A stretch of 64,000 nucleotides of DNA from Trichodelitschia bisporula (Eukaryota): positions 200,606-264,605 of the forward strand of contig ML996709.1 in the NCBI GenBank assembly GCA_010356995.1, written 5' to 3'. The position numbers and the translations under genes are program-made. A model generated the notes under the pieces. The model saw nothing but the letters and a program-made list of their open reading frames with translations, had not been told where the DNA came from and made no database searches. Numbering within the stretch: the stretch's first letter is position 1; every line of letters begins with the position of its first letter. Positions 38,914 to 47,522 of the stretch are shown here, in pieces.

Positions 38914-39783
38914 ATGTATCCTGAATCGTCGACGGGGCGGTTCTGGGCCTCCTCTCCACCACCTCCGCCTCTACCACCGTTCAGATATGCACGAGCACAT
39001 CAGTTCTCCGGCATCCCCAAAGGCTCCTATCCAGTCAATCTATCTTACAAAGAGGGAATTCAGATACCGCTTCCACCTAGCCGGTACGGTTCGCTGTACG
39101 GTTCAAGTGCTTCCTATAACGACACTTCGTTCTACGGCTCTCGTCCTTCCGATCACGAACCTTCGTCATACCTACATTCTTCACATGCCGTCGGAGCGTC
39201 GAAACCTGCGACAGCAATGCACAAGGCTCTTGAGAAAGCAGGTCTGAATGGAAGAATACGGGCAAAGTGGGGTGGCCTGGTGCCGAGGGCAGGTGTGCCA
39301 GTGCCAATAAAAGAATCAGTAATATCGGGAACATGAGCAGGGAAACAACAATTGGACGGGGAGTCTTTGTCAAAAACGTTTCAAGCACCAAATATTCTAT
39401 GAGAGCGACCAAGATAGGACGGAGAAGTGGAATTGCTGCAAATGGAAGGACTGGAAGTTCTGACCGAGTTAGACGAGCTGGAAGAAATGAGAGTGGTGCA
39501 TCAACAAGATGTAGAATCCAATAGGGTAGTGGAAAATCTGGATGATGGGTGTGACGAAGCGACACCAGAAGCTCTGAAGTCACCGAATCCGGAGAGTCTG
39601 GGACAGGACTGCCGAAAGGCTGAGCAGCCTTATTCAGTGAAGGTCAGCATGGGATTTGAAGGGCCAGAACTAGAGAAGCGGGATGAGCACCGTGAGCCAG
39701 GAGGGCAGTTCGGGCTACTGCTGGGGGTCTCCACCGAAAGATTCGCTAGCCAAATCTGTTGGACGGATTCCCATTTATTATAG
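38914..39783 (+). pseudogene. IPLPPSxY-family member 7 (subfamily C), three in-frame stops
   Basis: PPPPPLPPFR...PVNLSYKEGIQIPLPPSRYGSLYGSSASY...GT*...IL*ERPR*DGEVELLQMEGLEVLTELDELEEM aligns with member 8 ILREQRERDGEVERLGVLDELTDLSEM in a single frame. Confidence 0.8.
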
Positions 39784-40766
39784 CCTTCTGATATTGTAAG
39801 TTCCTGTATCACTTCGGGCTCGGTATCTTTGTAGCCGGTGTCCGTTAGCGCTCGGGATTGCTTACCTCCGTTGTCTTGTTTCATCGTATCTTTGGCTCGA
39901 CACCACTCCTGTTTCATATTTCCTATATAGTACGAGTTGCCCACATGGTACACTCGACAGTTCAGTCTAGGTCAATCAACAGAAACCTTTGTTTCATCTG
40001 TTCTCAGCTTCTCCAGTCCAACAAAATCCGACCAAGGGAGCAGTTCCGCGCAATGTAAAGTCACGAGGCTGAAAAGCACATCCGGCAGATATTTCCGACG
40101 GCTATTGTGGTATCTGAGCTTCCAGCCCGCTCCTGCGTTGTCGACTTCGAGGCCTGGCAGGAGAGAGAGCACATAATGTCCCGGAGATCCGAGATTGAGA
40201 ACCGTTTGAGAGGATGGATTTCGTTCCGATATTACCCGGCTCCGGAAGTCATTGGCCATATGGCCGTCAGGTGAAAGACGGGGTTTAGGACAACAGCGAG
40301 CTTGCTAGGGAGCTACAATCAAAATTTCGGAGCTCTAGATACCGTCGGATGGGAAAGGTCATTCGTATCTGCCGGCGTCGCGATATCTTATCCAGCCTTG
40401 TCATCTACGTGGACCGGTAACCTTAGCCATTCTCAAATGGCTCCTTCAATGCGCATTCCAAACTGGGAATGCTCAGCAATACCACGGTTTTCTGCAGCCC
40501 GATAAGTTCCATGACCGCGCCTCGGAGACTACAGCGAGAGGGCTGGCAAGGCTATCGCCCGGTCATCTTTGCGGACGGGAGTTCAAGGACCCCCTGCCCG
40601 CGCCTACGCAGCCATTGGTCACAGTTGCAGTGCGCTAGGCCAGCCTGCGCATTTACCCCTCGCTGCAGAAACACGGCCCCGCTGTCAGCCCAGCTTACAA
40701 CATCATTTTCTCCACTTCATCACCGCAAGATTTCTCACTACGCTCGCTTCAGAAACAGTCGAAGAG

Positions 40767-41780
40767 ATGGATCAGACGGCGTACCTTAACCAGTTGGTCG
40801 ATTCGCTCCGGGTATCACCTCCTGAACCGCCCCCGCCTCTTCCTCCACCCAGAGACCCACTATCGCGCCTGCCCCCCTGCACCTCCGCACTACGGCAGCC
40901 AGCCCGCTCTAGAACTCTACTTCAGGACCCGGCATTTTCCCCACCACAGAAACCAGCCTTTGCCGGAGCTTCGGATGGCAGCTCCAAAGCCCCGAACCCA
41001 TTCCATCCAGCAACAACGCGAGAGATGGAACTGATGGAACTCACCATGACTCTCAGTCAATTGGCCGATTTGTTCCGGGCTCCATCTCCAAAAGCGCCCC
41101 CGCCTCTACCACCGCCCAGGGACGCACTACCGCATGAGCCAAGCAGCATCTCCACATCGTGGAAAAGGACTTTCGCCCGACTTTCGGACGACCACGTCAA
41201 ACCCTCTGACCCTGTCTCTCTGTCTTTTGTTGAGGGGACTGGCATACCGCTCCCGCCGAGTCGGTACGGCTCGTTGTACGCTTCTAGTTCTTCCTACTGT
41301 GGCGATGACGACTGGTTGTACTCGCGCTCTTCATCTTACATCCGGGCTTCAGAGCCCGGCGCACCGTCTCATCTAGCCGGAGCATCGTCTCCCCTAGCAC
41401 GTGGGAAAGCGGGCGATATGGACGATGAAATCTTTGCAGTCTTTGCGGAATCAAAAGAGCAGCCGGTGGTGCAAGGAATAGGAGTTTTGGGACGACAAAC
41501 AGAGGTGAAGCCTTTGCTAGGGAGTTCTCTGTTCTCAGAGATTTTAAGAGAGCAGAGAGAACGAGATGGTGAAGTTGAAAGATTGGGAGTGCTGGACGAG
41601 CTTACAGACCTGTCCGAGATGGCAGAGAAGCCGCAAGAAATTCCCGATGGTGGAAGGGCTGAGCAGCAAAGCCCAGCAACGTTTGGCTTGGAGCGGTGGG
41701 AGGAAGCGGCCACGGCGCTATTGATATATCTCTTCTTCCTTCTCTTCTTCGTATCACTGGGATATGAAGTGGTAAACTAA
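40767..41780 (+). CDS. IPLPPSxY-family member 8 (subfamily C), intact, with C-terminal hydrophobic (tail-anchor-like) segment
   Basis: Two PPPLPPPRD repeats, PVSLSFVEGTGIPLPPSRYGSLYASSSSY, and C-terminal ALLIYLFFLLFFVSLGY. Confidence 0.78.
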   Translation: MDQTAYLNQLVDSLRVSPPEPPPPLPPPRDPLSRLPPCTSALRQPARSRTLLQDPAFSPPQKPAFAGASDGSSKAPNPFHPATTREMELMELTMTLSQLADLFRAPSPKAPPPLPPPRDALPHEPSSISTSWKRTFARLSDDHVKPSDPVSLSFVEGTGIPLPPSRYGSLYASSSSYCGDDDWLYSRSSSYIRASEPGAPSHLAGASSPLARGKAGDMDDEIFAVFAESKEQPVVQGIGVLGRQTEVKPLLGSSLFSEILREQRERDGEVERLGVLDELTDLSEMAEKPQEIPDGGRAEQQSPATFGLERWEEAATALLIYLFFLLFFVSLGYEVVN

Positions 41781-42346
41781 TTGCTAATAATCTCTTCCTT
41801 GCTTTGATGCAGCATCGAACAGTTGTCGATTTAAATCCGGACACCCAATAGCGGGGTATCCACTCATGCCGCCCTAGGGAAAAGCTTAGCAACCCCGTGT
41901 ATTACTTTACCGGCAGCCCGATAAGTGTTTAGCCGCAGCTTGGTGGACACAACCCAGGGTAGCGGGAGAGACACGAGCTACCATCCATGTGAAGGCTGCT
42001 CCCGCTCGCCGTTGAGACAAGAAGTAGCGTGGCTGGCAGGGTTGCGGTACACCACCCACCCCTAGCCCGCACAGCCTTTTCATGCCAGACTAAGATCTCT
42101 GGAGCAACCCGAAGGATCCTGGCCTCCCCCCGCCTAGGCGTATTTGCGGATCGGGTTGGTCACGACTCTTTCGGATGGCCCTCGGCCGCAGTTATGGTGA
42201 GCAAGGCTGCGTACGATCCGAATTAATCTAAACCCATGCCTCGCGCTAAAGCACAGCCCCTCTGGCAGCTGAAGTTTAAACGACGTCTTCCCCAACTCAT
42301 CACTGCGAAAAATTCTCTTTACCTTCTTTCAGAGACAACGCAAGAG

Positions 42347-43428
42347 ATGAATTACCCGATGAACTCCAATAACGCAGTCGATGGGCGCTTGCCATCTCTA
42401 CCAAAACTGCTTACATCTCCACTTCCGCCCAGGCCAGCATCACCGCTTCTGTTCCCCGCATCTCCTTCGCACTTTGGTACAGCACGTAAACCGCAGGCTT
42501 TGATAACAGCTTCATTGGCTCCAGGAACAAGGTAGGATGTTACAGGATAGCCAGTGTGGTAGGCACGTGGGACACGTGAGAGATCCAGCAGTTACCAGAT
42601 CAGGCAGGATGTGGTCTATGCTTGGTGTTGAATTTGTGGCGGCAACCTGGGGTGGCTGGAGTGGAGCCAGGAGACAGGGGTTGTCTCCTGGTGAGGTATA
42701 TAGTCAGCTCACTTCCCACTGCTGGTCAGTCAAGCAACTCAGTCAAGTTCACACTTCATTTTAACACTTGGCATCAGCCTTCGCACAGGCCACCTCCCAC
42801 AGTAGATAGCTTAGCTGGAGAGCTTCACTCTCAATCCCCAGTCATCCCTGACCTTACCGCTACAGAGTCCACGTTGCATTCAGCATACTGTGACACGTTA
42901 TCCGTGCTCGGACCCCCTTTCTTCTCTCACGCTGGAAATCACAACACCATCGGCTATGACGACAGCATGTTGGCCTATGGCGACAGCATATTGGCGGAGG
43001 CGCGCGAAATACCACTGCCATCTAGCTGCTATGGATCGGGATACAGCTCGAAGGCCTCGTCGGGCCCCAGGCACTACCCGTATAAGATTAGACGCCGGGT
43101 TGCGGACAGAATGAGGGTGGGAGCAAGGGTAGAGGTGGAGGAAGTCATAAACCAAGAGTATATACAGCCTCAAGAGAGGGGGAGAAGAGATACCGAACGG
43201 CTTGCACATGTAGAGGAGGCGGAGGTGGAGGGAACGGAGGTGGAGGAACCAGAGGAGGACGAAACGGAGGAGGAAGATGAGGAGGTGGTAGAGATGGAGG
43301 AGGCGGAGGTGGAGGAGGCGGACGCGGAGCAGGCGAAGGAGACGGAGGCGGAGGAAGCAACCGATCAAGAATATATGGAGTCTCAAGAGACGGCGGGAGA
43401 GCAAAAAGAATGGCTAGCGAAGTTATAG
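42347..43428 (+). pseudogene. IPLPPSxY-family member 9, interrupted (~42500-42895), Glu-rich C-terminus
   Basis: The 5' leader matches members 7 and 8 (CATCACYGYRA...CAGARACA...ATG). N-terminus SPLPPRP, stop at 42533-42535, then ILAEAREIPLPSSCYGSGY and a poly-Glu tail. Splicing that rescues it cannot be excluded. Confidence 0.6.
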
Positions 43429-43766
43429 AAGTCGGAGAGGATGAGGGTGGCTTACTGTTACAGGTATTGGCTGGGTTTTTATGCTCGTAACTTAACTTCT
43501 ACCTGATGTACTGTGGCATAAAGCTCTTAGCTTAATCCGATCTATGATGCAAATTCCTTTGGGTTGCTGAAAAGCTGATATCAGTTTCTGCGCCCATTTG
43601 TATGCCCCATCTGCTGTTTCCACCACGCGGTGGCACAAATGAGCCGCATAAAGCTGGTGTTGGCGGGGTCGAAAGGACCACCCCAGTAGTTCCCCCATCA
43701 TCAGCCCTTCCTCGGACTAGTACAACTCCTCTTACTTCTCATCTGATCCATCCGCAATTCTTCATC

Positions 43767-44762
43767 ATGAATCCGTCAGCGATGGGTGGTGGCTCTCCCT
43801 CCCCACGGCACAGCCGACCTTCGGCGTCCACACCGTCGGAATGGCGTATCCCACTGTCACCGACTACAAGCAGCGCGCCTCATATTCCTTACGTTGCCCG
43901 ATGGATCAAAAATACGGCGTCCGCAGTCCACCTTCCTCTCCCTGTGCACGATGGGGACCGCAACACCGCAGGCTCGGGCGATAGCACGTCATCCGAGGCT
44001 CGTGAGATTCCGCTCCCGCCTAGCAATTATGACGGATCGATGTACCAATCGACGGCAACCTGGAACAAGAGCTCGGTATACTCGCGTGTACGAAGCTTCT
44101 GTGGTCGAGCACCGTCTACGTGTACGAGCATACCGAGCTGCTGTGGTCGAGCACCATCGGCGAATGCGAGTATACCGAGCTGCTGTGGTCAGTCACCGTC
44201 GGTGTATGCGAGTACGACGCGCTTCCCGCTGGCGACTCAGAATGCTATGAATCTGGGCGGCTTTACGGACAACGTGCCTATGGCACAGGAGGCAAATTTG
44301 GAGAGGGAAAAATCACTGGAATTGCTGTCCTGGCTGATCTGGCTTCAAGGCATTCTACAAAACATGCGGGCAGCGTTGGTGCCGGCGCGGAGCACGCAAG
44401 ACACAAGGCGGGCGCAGCAGCTGGAGTGGCTGATACAGAAGACGAAGTTGATGAAGCACGATGTAAAGGAGATGCAACAGATGGAGGGACGGTTCAAGAA
44501 CGATGTTTTGCTGGAATGGCTTAATAATATGCTGCGAGTATTGAAGGGAGACCTAGCTGAGGCCCGGGGGCGACTTCGGGCTGTGCGGGCGGAGATGGGA
44601 AGGGGTGAGGGAGATCCTACGGAACAGCTAAGGCTGGAAGTGGACTTGAAAGTTGAGATCAAAAACCGGGAATCTTTGTTGGCGGCCTTTGAAAGAAGGA
44701 AGCAATGTGTCAAAAAAGAGAAGGGAGTAAACAGACTTGCAAAGATGCTAGGTTGGGTGTGA
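43767..44762 (+). CDS. IPLPPSxY-family member 10 (subfamily D), intact, WLxWL helices plus coiled coil
   Basis: MNPSAMGGGSPSP...SEAREIPLPPSNYDGSMY, 14-aa CGRAPS repeats, LSWLIWLQG...LEWL...LEWL. Confidence 0.78.
   Translation: MNPSAMGGGSPSPRHSRPSASTPSEWRIPLSPTTSSAPHIPYVARWIKNTASAVHLPLPVHDGDRNTAGSGDSTSSEAREIPLPPSNYDGSMYQSTATWNKSSVYSRVRSFCGRAPSTCTSIPSCCGRAPSANASIPSCCGQSPSVYASTTRFPLATQNAMNLGGFTDNVPMAQEANLEREKSLELLSWLIWLQGILQNMRAALVPARSTQDTRRAQQLEWLIQKTKLMKHDVKEMQQMEGRFKNDVLLEWLNNMLRVLKGDLAEARGRLRAVRAEMGRGEGDPTEQLRLEVDLKVEIKNRESLLAAFERRKQCVKKEKGVNRLAKMLGWV
44099..44215 (+). repeat. 42-bp coding tandem repeat (~2.7 copies, CGRAPSxxxSIPSC)
   Basis: ctgtggtcgagcaccgtc...gagcataccgagctg is repeated at 42-bp spacing. 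Confidence 0.8.
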
Positions 44763-46209
44763 TGCCGCTATGAGCTGCCTGAGCCGTGGGGAATTGCCAG
44801 CGTGGTTGATTCGACTGGCGTTTTGTCTCGTTCGGCGGGAGGACATAATTGGTGGTCTTGTTGAAGGTGTAGTGGCATCTTATCCATTTCGATATGGATC
44901 CTGAGACCGGCAATTGCCGACATGAATGTACCTGTTACTAAACATCCTCCACCACACCCCTACACCGTGGCTGTGTTTGGCTTTACCATCCTCTTCCTCT
45001 CTTTCCTCTGCATCTGATATTTACAATCATCCATCTGCATCCAGAGTTTTGTGCACACTTGCAGTGACCGTGACAAGAGGAGAACAAGCAGACACTCAAA
45101 ACGTTACAGTTGGACCTATCAAGATGGGCAAGGTCGGAGCCGGCAGTCAGAGCGGAACTCAGGATACGACAGGCAAAAGTTGCTAGAAACATACAACAGA
45201 TAGAAGCAGCACTAGGCTAGCGGGCTTCAAAAATTTACGAACGGCACGGAAAGATGGGGAGGCGACGCAAAAAGGGCAAATGCCATTCGCATTTTGAGAA
45301 AGTACCGGAAGCAACTTGAAACTGTGCGGTCGAAGCTCCAGAAATTGGAACTAGGGATTATGGGGGCCATTTTCAGAGCGGAACTCGAGACAAAAGAGCA
45401 AAAATCGCTGCCGAAGGGAGATTGTATAGAGAAAATGCTGACGGCTTTGGAATCTGAACCTCAGGTCTTAAGGAGAAAGGGATGCAATTTAGTCTTAGCT
45501 AGAGATGATAACATCGGCTACTACCGACAAGAATGTATCTAGCACTATTCCCAAACATATTCCTCGTTAACAGACTTACCAGACCTCAAAAGCCTCTCTC
45601 ACGTTTAAACCCGCCCGTCAAGGCGACTCCATTTGGTACACATCCAGCAAGACCACCAGATCATACCCCGCCGAGCAATCCACAACGCAAGCCTCAGCCA
45701 GCCGCATAAACGACGTCACCAACCACCCATCTCATCCAAACCACGCCGTCAGCCTCTACTCCACCAAGAACCACCTATTACTAACCTTAGTCGTACCCGT
45801 CCCGCCCGAACATCGCTGCCAGAGTCAGGGCAAGGGTGAGTCTGTGGCGAAGAGGGAGAGCCTATGTGCTGGATGATCAGGGTGCGTGCGGGCAGGCCGG
45901 TACGGACGGGCTGGTGTGGGTAGGGTAAACTCGGACCAGGGATTATGCCCAGATAATACGGTAGGAGATATGTTGCAAGTTCATTCAATTCCTTTGCGTA
46001 GCTGCGAGCTAGTGTCAGTTCTTGAGGATCAGGTTAACCCTGCACATTCAATTTTCTTTTTCCACTGTGTGGCTGTGTAAGGTTAATTCAGCCGCATAAG
46101 GCTGGTGTTTGCGGGGTCGGACGAGACAGCCACAACAACTGTCACCCATCGCCGCACACCAGTGGACCTTCCTTACTTTTCATCCGATCAAACCACGCAC
46201 TCCCTCATC

Positions 46210-46833
46210 ATGACCCCGTTAGTGATGGAGGGTGGCTCTTCCTCCCCGCATGGCCGGCCTCCGACCTCGAGGCCCCTGCCCCCCCCACCGGCCTTCGACC
46301 CCGAGCATCGCGATGCGGTAGGCAACATTTACGGTAGACGGAGGAAATGCCGGGAATTATACTGCAGCAGAGGCGGTTGGAAATGGAGGCGTGGCTAGAT
46401 TGGCTTGGACCTATGCTTGTTTTAGCGAAGAAGACGGAGAAGAGATGGCCGCGTTCGCCGTTGGTACGGTGTAGGAGTTGGACGGGGATCATGGAGGTAA
46501 AGTGGGGGATGTTAGTTCTATTGCTTAGAAAAAATGGTCAGAAGCCAGAAATCCTACTTCTAGAAGAAAGGTTGGTGTGGCTCGGTGAATACGAGAAGCT
46601 GACAGAGCTATTGGCGGAGGACCTGCGTGAGATGGAGACAGGGTTTCGAATTGTCCGGCAGATGTGGCGGAGGGATAAGAGGATTGCTGGATCTGATGGG
46701 ACCTAGAGAGCGGCACTGGCGAGAGATGTGATGGTGTTGCAGGACGACGTGGATATCCTGGAAGGGTTACTGGCGACTTTCAAAGCAAGACTGCGAAGTC
46801 AGAACGAAGAGACAAGACAGTGGGAGGGACTTT
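46210..46833 (+). pseudogene. Family member 11 (subfamily D), frameshifted, motif region lost, 3' end hit by a solo LTR
   Basis: MTPLVMEGGSSSPHGRP resembles the member 10 start; EAWLDWLGPML resembles member 12 EWLHWLGLML; shared upstream element at 46089. Confidence 0.7.
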
Positions 46834-47091
46834 TGATGTGGGCACACAAGGCATCGAGGCATCAAGACAAGCATGGTTACTTGCGGAGTATAATATCTTA
46901 GGAAGCAGCGTATGACCCTGAGTTGGGGTGCATGCCGATGGCAGGCACCGCTGACCTAGCGAGGGAAGAAGGTATGGGGGGATATGGTGTACATATTCCA
47001 GTGTGCCTCTCGACTCTCTTCCGTTTATTGTCTTTAGCAAACAATCAGTTTACACAGATGCCGTTGCATATGCAGAAAGTTGCTCCCAATA
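46834..47091. mobile_element. Solo LTR (258 bp) with 5-bp TSD ACTTT
   Basis: acttt|TGATGTGG...CTCCCAATA|acttt (TSDs at 46829-46833 and 47092-47096); the 3' ~160 bp clearly align with the LTR at 27359-27656. Confidence 0.85.
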
Positions 47092-47522
47092 ACTTTAGCC
47101 CACCTAATCACACCTCAAGGTTTATCCAAATTTATCAAGTGTGAGAACGGATGAAGATTTGGAGCTGGTACCGTGATTAGACAGGAGGAAGTATACATGT
47201 ACGGGTGGCATCAAGGAAATTTGAGTTGTGATAGTTCTTCCCGGTCCACAGACCTGTTCGTGCCGGGCACAGCGCGAGTACCAAGGGCCGGCCCGAAGAA
47301 ACCCACCTACCGGCTCGTGCCGCCCACTGGTGCAACGCCAAGCCCCCCCGCATCTTGTAGAACTAAGGGTTCAGCCGCACAAGGCTGGCGCTGCGGAATC
47401 GAACGAGACGACAACAACAACAGTCACCATCGCCGCCTACTAGTACAACGCGCCTTACCTCTCCTCCGGTCGCGCCCCGCTCTCTCTCATCATACTCATC
47501 CCTCGCCACAATCCCATTCGTG

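Noticed and set aside
45100..45542. Coiled-coil-like ORF remnant as a further array member
   Set aside because: No IPLPPS motif or shared upstream element could be tied to it; too weak to call.
27359..47091. The two LTR copies as the ends of one 19.7-kb LTR element carrying the array
   Set aside because: Each copy has its own distinct flanking 5-bp TSD (ATCCA versus ACTTT) and splits a different gene, and members lie outside the pair. They are independent solo LTRs.
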